Notes: generated from the sequence alone by a model not told the origin. A stretch of DNA of 64,000 bases from Octopus sinensis (GCF_006345805.1 NC_042999.1:59148001-59212000); one strand, 5' to 3'. Positions 38,786 through 52,232 are shown, counted from the stretch's first letter. Numbers and translations are program-made.

Positions 38786-40072
38786 CGAGGGGCGTTCAAT
38801 AAGTAATGCCCCTGACCCACTTCCCATAGCAGTAGAGCAACGAAACTTGGCACAGTTATTAGTCTTTTTCTACATAGGAACCACCCAGAGTTACGCATTT
38901 CTCCCATAGTTTGATGCAGCTCTGAAGACCGTTTTTGTAGAAGACCCCAGCTTGGTCCTCCAACCACGACGTGACTTCAGAAATCAAGGCTGCATCATCT
39001 GGGAAACGCTTTCCTTTCAAAAACAACTTCATGGCTGGAAGAGGTGAAAATCAGAGGGTGCAGGTCAGGAGAGTAGAGGGGATGGGGGATGAGTTTATAG
39101 GCGCACGCCTGTGCTTCTCATCTGGCGACACGCGAGTTATGGATCGGAGCGTTGTCCTGCAGGAGGAGGATGCCTTTGCTCATCTTGCCCCGCCTCTTGA
39201 TTTTGATAGCTTCTCTTAATTTCATCTGAAGTGAAGCATAATAGACTCCTATAATTGTGGCACCCTTTGCCAGGAAATCTGTCATCACTACTCCGTCCTG
39301 GTCCCAGAAGACTGTGAGCATGACCTTGCCAGCGGAGGGCTGCTCCCTTGCCTTCTTTGGAGGAGGTGAGTCACGGTGCTTCCACTGCATTGACTGGGCT
39401 TTGGTCTCTGGATCATAGTGATGGACCCAGGTTCATCCTGTGTAATCAGTCTTTGAAAAATTTTGACTCATCTTTTGCACATCTTCAAATTCTCATCGCG
39501 CCAATCGACGCGTTCTTGCTTCTGGAAAGGTGTGAGCAACCTGGGAATCCATCTTGGTAGACACCTTTTGCATATGCAAATGGTCATGAATGATAGTTTC
39601 CACAGACCCGGTACTAATCTTGACCTCATGGGCTATTTGGCGAATAGTTATGCGTCGATCTTCCAAAATGGCAGCCTCAACTTGACGGAGAGATGCCTCA
39701 TCAATGGCAGAAGGGGGCGAGCAGATATGGGAGCTGTTTCCACAAAGTTCCGACCATGTTTCAATTCACGATGTCAACGTTTTACAAGGTCATATGATGG
39801 GGCATCATCACCATAAGTTACTTTTATTTCATCAAAAGTCTCCTGTGGTGTGCGTCCTTTCAAATACAAAAACCGCATCACTGCTCGATACTCAACAGGT
39901 TCCGTTTCACACTTGACTCAGTTCAAACACCTGTAAATCAGAAAACACAATTAGTTCAGAGATGTAATTTGCGACTTAATCTATAGAGATATAAATAATT
40001 GCACATGCAATATTTCAGCTAGATCAAACAACTGCAAGTGGGTCAGGGGCATTACTTATTGAACGTCCCTCG
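38786..40072 (-). mobile_element. Full-length (1287 bp) dead mariner, D34D, irritans-like
   Basis: TIRs cgaggggcgttcaataagtaatgcccctgacccactt / aagtgggtcaggggcattacttattgaacgtccctcg, TA TSD. Transposase ~39905->38859 with SAGKVMLTVFWD, LLQDNAP and YSPDL.PSDFHLF; start codon mutated, internal stops and frameshifts. Confidence 0.95.
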
Positions 40073-40117
40073 TATATTATATATATTATATCATATATAT
40101 ATACAAATGCATGTATG

Positions 40118-40180
<63 letters not shown>

Positions 40181-40641
40181 TATGTATATATATTATCATA
40201 TATCATTTATCTTCCATCTTCTATATGTTTCAGGCGTTTGACTATGACCATACTGGGTCTCTACCTTCAAAAATATTTAGTCGAACATAACGATACTAGT
40301 ACCTTCCTTTTCCCTAAGTCTGGTGCTTGTTCTGTTGATCTCTTTGCCGAACAGCTGCAGCACGTTTTGTTACTTATGTATGTGTGTTTGTATGTGTGTA
40401 TGTGTGAGTGTGCGTGGTGTGTGTGTGTGTGGTGTGTGTGTGTGTGTAACCGAAACAATAAAAATCACAATACGTTAAGTAGAATATAATTTCTTAGGTA
40501 AGTACATACGTAGGTAAAATAGCACGTGACCATTACTCTGAGATTCACAGGCACAAAAGCAAGCGCTTCTCGTTGAGATGCCTCCACTTATGCGACTCAA
40601 TATGCATAAGCATTCGTGCTACAGTAAATCAATCACTCGGC

Positions 40642-40727
<86 letters not shown>

Positions 40728-40736
40728 CTCTATCTA

Positions 40737-40909
40737 TTTATTTATTATTTTTTTTGTTCTTTTCTTCCCTTTTACGATCCCTCTTGATTGAAAACCTACG
40801 CCACCCCTTTTTTTTCTTTTGTTTTTTGATTTTTTCATCCCCCAAAAGAAAAGCTCTACCTTGTAACTTGCCCCATCTGTGTGCAGCCCTGTGTAGCCAA
40901 TAAAGAAAC
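40737..40909 (+). mobile_element. 3'-terminal ~170-bp fragment of the Tx1 family inside (TATC)n
   Basis: Near-identical to 47680-47850 (tacgatccctcttgat.gaaaacctacgccacccc...aataaagaaac); arrays at 40642-40736 and 40910-41512. Confidence 0.9.
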
Positions 40910-40968
40910 TTATCTCTCTCTATATCTATCTATCTATCTATCTATATATCTATATATCTATCTATCAA

Positions 40969-41002
<34 letters not shown>

Positions 41003-41152
41003 CTATGTATGTATGTATTGCATCTATCTATCTATCAGTCAATCAATCAATCAATCTGTCTATCGATCTATCTATCATCTATCTATCTATCTATCTATCT
41101 ATCTCTATCTCTATCTATCATCTATCTATATATCTGTCTATCTGTATATCTA

Positions 41153-41204
<52 letters not shown>

Positions 41205-41308
41205 ATCTATCTATCTCTATTATCTATCTATCTATCTATCTCTATCTATCTTTCTATGTATGTATGTATGCATCTATCTATCTATCAGTCAATCAATCAA
41301 TCAATCTG

Positions 41309-41381
<73 letters not shown>

Positions 41382-41404
41382 TTATCTGTCTATCTGTATA
41401 TCTA

Positions 41405-41495
<91 letters not shown>

Positions 41496-41512
41496 CTATC
41501 TATCTTTCTATC
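40910..41512. repeat. Compound (TATC)n array with an internal ~250-bp duplication
   Basis: The tatg/tcaa/tctg variant blocks recur at ~41001/41252 and ~41131/41381. Confidence 0.9.
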
Positions 41513-41732
41513 CGGACAGACAGACGCAAGTCAAATGGGCTCCACGTAAGTTGGTATTTTTATACGTTCAAAAGTGTATATTGACAAATATTTTGTGTCT
41601 AAAAGTTGTGCAACAACATCCACTGCAAACCTTTGATAAATATCTACACAAAATTTTGCCCCTTGGGGGCAAAATTTAAAAAACAAAATTCTCATAGCCT
41701 TCGTGGATTCATTTAGCCATTTTAATTTCAAA

Positions 41733-43967
41733 ATGGCCACTGGTCACCACGAGGCTGAGGTGCAAGTCAAGCGTGATGCAGGGAAAGAAAAAAAAGGATG
41801 CTTGTTAGCCTCCACCACCATCAACATCGACAACAGCAACAAATACAAAACAAAGGTCGCAAGGCCAAGCACCGTCAACACCATCACCGACAACAACACC
41901 ATGACAGAATCTGCTACTAAAACTGCTATCCCGGCGAAAGACATCGCCACCAATAACAATACCAACATCACCATCACCGCCACCAAAGACCGTGCCGTCA
42001 ATGCTACTAATACCACTAACACCACCGCCGTCACCAAGAACGACAATAACAACAACAACAACATCTCCACCAATAACAATACCAACATCACCATCACCGC
42101 CACCAAAGACCGTGCCGTCAATGCTACTAATACCACTAACACCACCGCCGTCACCAAGAACGACAATAACAACAACAACAACAACGATGACAACAACAAT
42201 TCCCTTCAACCACTGTTCACTCCATCACCAACAAGTGAAAAAATAACGACAAGCAAACGAAATGCCGAAATTTGCGCTAATGCAGGACTAAATGACGCAG
42301 ACAATTTTCCACCCCTTGCTAGTTGCATAATCAGCAACCACAAACCTACAACCCACACCCCTGCCATCAACACCAACACCACCGGCAGTAACAACAATAA
42401 CAAAACAACAACAAACTTCGCCGAGGCGATAAAAGAAAAGGTAACAAAAGTTTCGTTTACTACACAACAGATAAGAGATTGCAGAAACCTTATTACAAAT
42501 AAAACGGAAAAAAATACTTTACATACCTCACAACACATACTAAATGAGGAGAAAAAAAAGACAATTATATTTAAAATCACAAATAAAAAAACTAAAAGTC
42601 CAGAAAAGGCAAGCACAGACAAAGTAGAAAAATGCTTACGCCCCATCTGGGGATACAAGGATTGTGTGACTTGGGCGAACAAGTTCGCCCACGTACAGGT
42701 GGTTTTTCAGAATGAAGAGTTGGCGAAGAAATTCTCAACGATAGCCCTTCATTCTGATGAACTAACGATGACACCGAGTTACCTCGGCCAGAAGGTGACG
42801 AAGGTCATTATCAGTGGTGTCCCCCAAGTGACTACAACACTGGATAACATCCGCCTTAACATCCGAAATGGAGGATTTAAACATCCTAGATATCGGTGTT
42901 TCGGAAAACAAGGACTGGCTGGGAAAGAGAATAGAGTTCCTCTTCCACATAAGTCAAGAGGACATAAATAAAATCCCCACCCACGTACATCTTGAGGATG
43001 GCCGCAAGTTATACGTAGTAGTCGAGGGCAGAAGGCCACGATGCTATACATGTGGCAGTGAGGCACACCTCAAAAAGGAGTGCAAAACTGCCGCAAAATT
43101 ACAACAACAACAACAGCCACAGGAAAAATCACAAAAGCCAGCATTATTGCCCACACCACAATATGGACAGCTAGTCAAGAAGCTGTATGAGGAAATGCAG
43201 GAAAAAAACAACAAAGAACAAGCCAACCCAACCAAACAACACCAACACCAGCGCCAAGAACAGAATCATCACCACCAACAACAAATAAAACAATTCCAAC
43301 ACCAAGAACGACAGCAAAACCCAAAGGAACAGAAAAACAAAGAAAACACACACACAAACTGATCCCCCATCCCTTATACCGCACTCAACACACACAAACA
43401 CTCAACAACCAACAACAACGAAAACAACAACACAACCACTTACACAGACATACATAGAAGCCCACAACATACCCCTACCCCCTTCTGATTCCTCAGAAAT
43501 TTCGTCGGAAGACGAAACCAGTGAGGAATGGCAAATAGCTACAAAAAGAAGGAAAATAAAGAGCAGAAAACACAACCAAACCAAATGCAAATACGAACAA
43601 AGCAGGGGGAAATACATCTCCCGAAGACATTTCAAAACCCAACGCAAACAACAGCCACACCAACACCACAAAAACATATACAGCAAACATGCTCACAGCC
43701 ATAGACACCAAAAACACAAATTTGATGGAATACATCCAATCAAAAACAAACATAACAGAAGATGACATAAAAACAAACAATCACCCATACAGAACACCAC
43801 CAGACCACATCAAAATATTACACATCTCCAAAAGTCTGCACCACACACTCAAAGGCATTTTCCCCAGTGCGGTTGATAAATGCCAAAAATATCTCACAAA
43901 GAAACTGTACTGGGATCTTCTCGAGGACAAACCAACGGAGGAGAAAGCAAAAACTTTCGAGCAGTAA
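41733..43967 (+). pseudogene. Tx1 ORF1 (Thr/Asn-rich N-terminus, RRM-like middle, CCHC knuckle RRPRCYTCGSEAHLKKEC, Gln-rich tail), frameshifted
   Basis: ORF pieces 41703-42971, 42868-43362 and 43689-43967; frameshift near 42830. Confidence 0.8.
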
Positions 43968-43998
43968 GTAACCCTCTGTATTCTAATTCATTAGAACT

Positions 43999-46900
43999 AT
44001 GATCAAGATTGGTTGTGTAAATGCGCGTGGCTTGGGGTCCCCTTGGAAACAAGGGTACCTCTTAAATGACATAAAGTCACATAAGTTAGAAATCATAGCC
44101 ATAGAGCGAGACCAGACTCCCACAATCCGCGGGCCCTAAAGACCACGTTTGGCGGACAGTTCAACATTTATTTTTCCCCCTGTCTGCCGAGAATGGGCGG
44201 TAGTGGCACCGCGGTACTTTTTCACAAGAGTCTGGATCTCAAAGTAAGGACAATATTCGTAGACCCGGAGGGTAGACTGGTCGTCCTGGATGTCGACGGC
44301 AGCAATGGGTGCGCTTTTCGACTCGTATCAGTTTACGCACCTCCCTTAACAGGTCGGGCGGATTTCTTTCAACGTCTAGAAGTATTCTTGTGAACGTCTC
44401 GTCCTTTACTCTTAGTGGGTAGAGATAGGAATAGACGGGGATGCAAATGACTCAGAGACCTGCTCAGACGCTTTCAACTGTCTGACAGGTTCCGACTAGA
44501 CCACCCGAATGCGCCAACGTGGACATGGAGCAGCCGCATCGGGTCGTCGAGATCGTATCTAGATAGGATACTGTGTAGGACAGTAGACAAAGATAGCATA
44601 GGATGTCCACAATTCCACATAGTCAGCTACACGGATCACAAACTTGTGACATGTACGCTAGACTTAGGTAAGACACTTAGGCAGGGTCCCGGATATTGGA
44701 AACTAAACGCGTCTTTCCCATCGAGACAGGTTTTCAGAGACCGGATTAGCACACTAGTAAAGAGGGCTTTGACGGGAGCCATCATCAACAACAAATGGTG
44801 GTTTGCCCTCAAGAGAGCAGTAAAAGCAGAAGCGATTAGGTACAGCAAAGCACTAGCCATAGATAGAAATAGAGTTGAGGGTGAGCTAGTTAAGAAGCTA
44901 GAAGAGGCAATTAGAAGCGGCATCGCATCCGACGTTTTGGCGGCGAGGTTGGCCCTCGACCAACACTTCAACGCCAAACACGAAGGATGTGCTGTCAGAG
45001 CTAGGATGTGTGCTCTAACGAACGAAGGTGTTGGAGCCGCGAGAGAGGCCCGGGTGGCAGAGGCGCAACAGGGTAACAAAGCCACCATTCGGTCCCTGGT
45101 AGATGAACAGGGGCGCGAATTGCTCGAGCCAAGTAAAATGTGTGAGGCCTTTCAGCAGCATTTTGCCCGACTGTTCGGGACGAGTGGAGGGCAAGAACGT
45201 AGGGTGGACTTCAGTGCCTACCTACATAGCCTACCACGACTCTCGACACAAGAAAGGCAGGGTGCTGCGAAGGTGCCATCACGGCGGCGGAAGTGCAGGA
45301 GGCGATGATGGCAGAATGCTCGAGGGACAAATCACCGGGTTTGGATGGTCTACCCTACGAGCTTTACAATTGTATGCCAGACTTGTTTGGAGATCTCTTG
45401 GCGGCGGTGTACTGCAACTGGCAGCAAAACGGGAGCATTCCTGGTTTTGTGCGCCGAGGAGCCGTAACACTGCTGAAGAAAGATCTAAACAAGGGAATGT
45501 AATAGATAACTTTAGGCCCATCACTCTGCTTAATGCAGACTTGAAATTTTGGCCAAGGTGCTAGCCAAGAGGTTGGCACTTGTCATCGAGAAACTGGTCG
45601 ACAAGGCGCAAAAATGCGCCGTGCCGGGCCGGACCATCCATGACAACCTCCACCTGATGCGCTACATCATAGACAGGGTAGTTAACGAACCTGGCATGGG
45701 TGGGGCGCTGATCAATTTGGATCAATCGAAAGCTTTCGATAGGGTAGACCATCGATACTTGGAGGCGGTCCTCAGAGCGGCAGGCTTCGGTCCCGTCTTC
45801 CGCGGCTGGATAGCTGCTTTGTACAGAGGCATCCGTTCGGTAATTCGCGTGAATGGACATCTATCGAGACACTTCGACATCGCACGTTCGGTCCGTCAGG
45901 GATGCCCCCTCTCGTCGCTTCTATACGTATTGACTCTCGAGCCATTATTGCGGAAGCTGGCAACTTTGAGGGGCATCCCGCGAGAACTGGGATGCGGGAC
46001 GAGCGTGTCTGCATACGCGGACGACGTCACCGTCATAGTGTAGCCACGAGCACATCGAGCAGGTCGGCGAGACACTGAAAAACTACGAAGCGGTGACAGG
46101 AGCAAAAATCAACCGGGAAAGTCAGTGGGCTTGCGACTAGGCACCTGGAGAAGCAAGCCCATGCCGTCCACCAGCGCCTCCGTCGTGGGACGCTGGACCG
46201 ACGGCCCGGTTGAGTTGCTCGGGTCTGGTTTGGTCCGGACCTCCAAGTGGAGAAGAACTGGAACGAGATAACGAGTAGGGTGGTCACTCTCGCCCGGCAA
46301 TGGGCCGAGAGGAACTGTCCCTAAAAGGTCGGGCGGAGGTGGCGAACACGTACATCGCGTCCGTCATCTACTACCACCTGACCGTCGTACCTTGTCCCGA
46401 CCCTACCATCACCAAACTACAACGCATTCTCTTTCGCTTCTTGTGGAAAGGATGCGTCCCGATGGTCAGGCGATCCATTTGCTGTCAACACCCGTTAAAA
46501 GGAGGGCTGGGCATGCCGTGGTTGATGATGCGCAGACACGCGCTGAGACTGCGACATCTCTGGCTCTATGTAGACGACGGTGAACAGGTGTGGTCGCCGT
46601 TTGTGAGGCACGCTTTCCCGCAGCTCGTCTCCATGACCGAACTGCAGTTGCGGATCAAAAAGAGGCCGAGGAAGGGCGATTGGCACCGCGAGTGTCGCGT
46701 TGCTCTCAAGCAACTCTGCCGTCCCGGGTCGACCTTGAGTAACTTCAACACAACCAAAGCATTCTATTGGGGATTAGTGGAGGGGAGGTACGACGACGAG
46801 CTCGGGGCGAACCTGGACGTCGACGAGGAGTACCTGACCCGCCTGTTCAGGACGACTTTCGGGCCAGGGCCCATGGACAACTTCCAGAGATCCCTGGCCT

Positions 46901-47394
46901 GGCAGTGCTACCGAGAAGCGCTACCCGTTCGGGATAAGCTCTACAGACACGGCTCGAGAAACACGGGGCCGACCTGCCCGAGATGCGGTCAGACCGACGA
47001 AACCGTTCTGCACGCACTCGTTCAGTGTCCAACAATTTCCGACCTGTGGGCTTATGTCGAACAACTGCTGTCACCTGTGGGACGGGTCGGTTTATCAGCT
47101 GAGTCTATCGTCAATATTGTCACGCCTCCTTCCTTCAAACGGGAAGGAAGAGCTATTTTCATCATCCTTGTGGCTATGGCGAAAGAATGTATCTGGTGGA
47201 CGCGTCTGAAAGGATTGGAGACAAACACTTTCCTCTCTGGTCAATCTCTCATCAACTTCTTCAAGTACCATTTGAAAAGGAAAGTGAGAGTAGAGAGGCA
47301 AGTTTTGTCTAGCGAATGTTTTAAAAAAAGATGGGTGAATGTAGCAAGGATGGCACGTATGAATGACGAAGCCACCTTGAGCATAATCCTATGA
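43999..47394 (+). pseudogene. Tx1 ORF2 (APE endonuclease, reverse transcriptase, C-terminal CxxC...H...C zinc motif), disrupted
   Basis: GCVNARGL, SET, VSVYAP, SYLDR, TDH, GPGYWKLN, KSPGLDGLPYE, RPITLLNAD, DQSKAFDRVDH, SVRQGCPLS, YADD and CPRCGQTDETVLHALVQC; several stops and frameshifts. Confidence 0.95.
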
Positions 47395-47850
47395 ACCCAG
47401 AAATTGAAAACAGAGGGTTACCCACTTACAAACAAATGTGGTAACATATAACAATATTGACCAAGGTTACCGTGGTCTTTTTCGTAGGCTTTTCTTCCCA
47501 CGGATAAACCTTACTTGCTTTCCCCTTTACACCATATATCATAACACTGTGATACACGATCCCTATTGATCGTTCTTTTTTTTCCTCTTCCCCTTTTTTT
47601 CCCCTTTTTTTTCCTTTTTCATTTCTCTTTCCTTTTGTTCCTTTTCCTTTCCTTTTTTTCTTTTTATTCTTTTTATTTTATTCAATTTTTTTTTTGTTCT
47701 TTTCTTCCCTTTTACGATCCCTCTTGATCGAAAACCTACGCCACCCCCTTTTTTTTCTTTTGTTTTTTGTTCTCTTCATCCCCCAAAAGAAAAGCTCTAC
47801 CTTGTAACTTGTCCCATCTGTGTGCAGCCCTGTGTGGCAAATAAAGAAAC

Positions 47851-47851
<1 letters not shown>

Positions 47852-47936
<85 letters not shown>

Positions 47937-47937
47937 G
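47852..47937. repeat. (TATC)n array downstream of the Tx1 element
   Basis: Directly visible. Confidence 0.95.
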
Positions 47938-48222
47938 CATGTATCTTTTAATGTATCTGTCCATCTATCTGTCTGTCTCAAATTCTCTCTCTTTCTCTCT
48001 CTCTCTGGATCTCTTTCTAACGCGTCTGTAAATATATAAGTGATTTGTGCTAATGAAAATGCCAATCTAAAACGCATACATATCTGCATCCATGTATTAT
48101 ACATATGTATATGCGTGCATGTACACACACACGCTGATACATATATGTATAAGTATATATATACATTATACACATACATATATATATATATATATATATG
48201 TATGTACATATATATGCATATG

Positions 48223-48362
<140 letters not shown>

Positions 48363-48784
48363 GTATATATATTCATATATCACACAAACAAATGCGATTT
48401 TTTTTTTGTTCATGTGTGTGTAATAAATATTTTATTTGCCACATCAAACATACTTCTCACCCTTAAGCTGAGAAAGACCAATAAATAATTATTCCCTGCA
48501 CATGAATAATTTAGACGTTATGGGTTAAACCTACAATTTGTAACCTTAGCGATTTTCACTCGGAGATGCAAGTCAGGCAAAATCACAATTATGCAAGGGA
48601 GTCTGAAGCGAGGCTGTTACGTAGAAGAAGATTAATACGTTGACCACGCTTCTACCGTGGCAACATTAACGTTAATCTTAGCGCTAGCTTTACTCAATCT
48701 CCATCAATTTCGCTTCTTGTCTCTCCTTATGCATGCATATATATATATATATATAATATGCTCATATATCTGCGCGCTCACATG

Positions 48785-48826
<42 letters not shown>

Positions 48827-49012
48827 TACACACAGACACACACATACACACACATGAGCATGTCTTATATTCCTAGGCACTGTAATATATTTTACACATA
48901 ATACTACGTACTATGAATATTCTACACTTTTCTCGAAAGTATGTCTAATGAATGCGTTTCCCCATAGTAGGTTTTCTCGCGTGTGTTAGTGCGTATATAA
49001 ATAGATGCGTGT

Positions 49013-49043
<31 letters not shown>

Positions 49044-49472
49044 CATACATATATATATATAGATATATCTGCGAGCTCACATGCACACGCACACACACAC
49101 AAATACGCACAAACACACACACACTCACACACACACACACACATGAGCATGTAAGATATTCGAAGGCGCACGGTTTCGTCTGTGTTTGACTGAGTCTTTC
49201 TGTTCCTCGTCCCACCACCTGAAAACCGAATGTTGGTTTGTTTACGTCTCTATAGTTTAGCGGGTCGGCAAAATGACCAATAAACTAAGTACTTACGCTG
49301 TTTCAGATACTTCTTGACAGAAACAGGAGTACTGAGATCGATTTTTTCGAGTAATCTTTCCAAAACGGTGGACCGCAGTCGAATGATGTAAATGATACAA
49401 AGATAGAAATATGTCTATGTCCGGGTCTGCATTTGTGTAGTGTACGTGGTCTGATCAATACGTGTCTGGACT

Positions 49473-49486
49473 GTTGCCATAGTAAC
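49473..49486. promoter_or_regulatory. RFX X-box motif (GTTGCCATAGTAAC) in a GC-richer island
   Basis: Full match to GTNRCC-N(0-3)-RGYAAC; nearby NRF1-like cgtgcatgcgca (49542-49553) and ETS-like cttccg (49577-49582). Function is inferred. Confidence 0.4.
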
Positions 49487-49650
49487 GAGGCCAAAGCACG
49501 CACAGTGAAGCGACGTGGCAAAGATTGAGCATCAGATCTGTCGTGCATGCGCACTATGTTTCAACGTTCTAGTTCTCTTCCGCTGTTTACAGCAGTGCTT
49601 GGAAGGAAGTGCTTGCTCAGACCTCGCACATGTCCGTGTGTGAATACGTG

Positions 49651-49694
<44 letters not shown>

Positions 49695-50083
49695 TGTGTG
49701 CGCGCGCGTGCGTGTGTTTGTGTGCGCCGATATGTGTATATAGATATAATGCTTACCTGGCTTATATCAGTCTCATTCTAGACATAATGTCACTAATTAA
49801 CATAACTGAACATTTTCTTTGTTTTATTTTGATATTTTGTGAATTTTCTTCTTTTATACATTTGCCATTTTCCATCCATCCCCCTCCTCCTCCTCGTCGT
49901 CGTCATCATCATCATCATCGTCCTCATCGTGTTATTGAAAACTTACATATTTCTTAATAATCAAGTTTGCCCCGCTGGTTATCCAAAGACTGTTTCTGTT
50001 TCTTTGAGATCACAATGTCAGTGAAATGCTACCGGCTGGTTTTTATTCTGATTATATCCAGCTGCTATTGAGACCGAAATTAC

Positions 50084-50120
<37 letters not shown>

Positions 50121-50407
50121 TAATAATGATAATAATAATAATAATAATAATAGTATTAATAATCTGTCAAATTTGTCTTTACATTACACCCAACGGTCTT
50201 CCGATGCAACGCCAGATTTCTGAATGTTTCTGATTAATAAGCAAACAGCTGGAAACGTTTAAAGACAATGCGTAAGACGTACTACAAATATAACAAATAT
50301 GTGTATATATACTTACAAATATACTCACACATGCATATAATATACGTATATATATATACACATACAGATATATATATACACACATATATATATATATTAT
50401 ATATATA

Positions 50408-50449
<42 letters not shown>

Positions 50450-51788
50450 GTACATATATCCGGATATTAGTGTTTATAAAAGCAAGCAAACATATATAAA
50501 AAACGACTGCACATATGCTGATTATGGTCATTCAGAGTTACAGAGCTAATACATAAACCTGAACTGGTTAAGTATGGCTACGATATCAGCCATACAAATA
50601 GTCATTTTATTAACAAAACCATTAAAATTACAATTAGGGTGAGTGTTTTGAATTGACCTCTCACTAATTATATATAACAATATCTTTTTGAGGATACAAG
50701 TTTACATTCAGATTTTTTATAAGACAATACAAATTGGTATAAGAGCAATACCAACTAGTTTAGAGACACAAAATATAAAGTTTGAATTACATTCACCCAA
50801 TTCGTTGCCATGCACTTCAACATCTTAATATCGAAATCCAGCTGGTTAAATCTGTTTAATTAACTTGCATATATGTTAGTCTCAATTGATATCCCCACGT
50901 GAGCGAGTAAATTCGTACTTTTTGCTATGAGGAACCTGCTGTGATGGCAGCACACTCGATACTTGTAGAAACATCTCGTAACTATCGTCAGAACAGCGGA
51001 AGTAAAATTTCTGCAGTTACTAAATAAAGTGAAATAGAACTTTCCTAAACCAAATGATCCTTCATAGACCAAATGAAAAACATAAATAAGTTCTTTGCCC
51101 ACCGCCAATTTGTTTAAAAAATTTATTTGTAATAGGAGGAAAATGTTTTGTCTTTCATCTAAAGAAATTTTATCTTGGGTGACCACTTACTACCATAGAG
51201 CCTAGTATATCGGCAACAAGGAAAATATTGTATAATATACTATCTAATTCCGTAAAGAAACCTAAAAAAATCATGCTTTGTATATATATATTTTGCAAAT
51301 GTTAAGATGTAGACTGCTAGAAAACTTGAACTACCGAGATAAATACGTATTTCCTGTTAATCAGGAAAAGTGTAATTGCACATATATGAAACCTTGAATG
51401 ATTTTCATTGTCAATTTCTTTTGTGTTTAACTGCGTGTATATAGATTTAATTATTTTAATTTCTGCTGTAATGATGAATAGATTTTATAGAAGTTAAATA
51501 TTTATGATGTGATATCGAACCTATAGAACCTATTAAAATCGTTGGATGTAAATATTTTTATGCATATATTTTCAGAACGATTTTATCGATTCATGTACGA
51601 GAGTACTCTAGACTTGCTGAACTATTAGCGGCCAAATAAAGAATTTCAGCAAAGAAATATTATATACATCCATACATACGTATGTGTGCGCATGGGTACA
51701 TCCGTGTGTATGTGTATGTGTGTGTGTGTGTGTGTGTGTATGTGTGTGTGTATTTGTGTGTGCCTATGTAATCTGCCGTATTCTTTAG

Positions 51789-51860
51789 ACGCTCCAACAA
51801 AATATGCTGCTGCATTTCTTCCTGCACAGCAAGCAATCCGAAGATTGTTTCGAGACACAG
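51789..51860 (+). CDS. Candidate 72-nt symmetric exon: (x)APTKYAAAFLPAQQAIRRLFRDT(G)
   Basis: Acceptor tattctttag, donor CAG|gtatgt, phase 1-1, open frame; product not recognised. Confidence 0.5.
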
Positions 51861-52179
51861 GTATGTTATTACATCTTGTCTTGACTACATCTCCAGTGTA
51901 TGTAACTATTAACAACTCATGCCTCTATACTGTGTACGTACAAACACACACACACACATATATATATCATAATTGTATACATAATTATAAGAAAGTCCTG
52001 GCTTGCGCCTCACCACGCACTGACAAATAAACGTCAAACGACTCTATTGCCACCATAAATTCTCTGAGAGAAACTCACTACACATAGGCCAGTAGAAGAA
52101 AGAACGTGAACTACAAACTTTGGTTAACCGCGTACGTGATCGTATTTCGGGCTCAATACAAAACTTTACCTTTTTGCTT

Positions 52180-52232
<53 letters not shown>

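Larger units (their letters stand above)
41513..47850 (+). mobile_element. Near full-length Tx1/L1-type non-LTR retrotransposon flanked by (TATC)n
   Basis: 5' UTR, ORF1 with a CCHC knuckle, ORF2 APE-RT-zinc finger and a T-rich 3' UTR ending aataaagaaac; (TATC)n on both sides. Confidence 0.95.

Noticed and set aside
49380-49640. Cys-rich peptide or neuropeptide-like reading (ICRACALCFN...QCLEGSAC)
   Set aside because: Split across frames with stops, no signal peptide and no convincing family motif; better explained as a promoter-like island.
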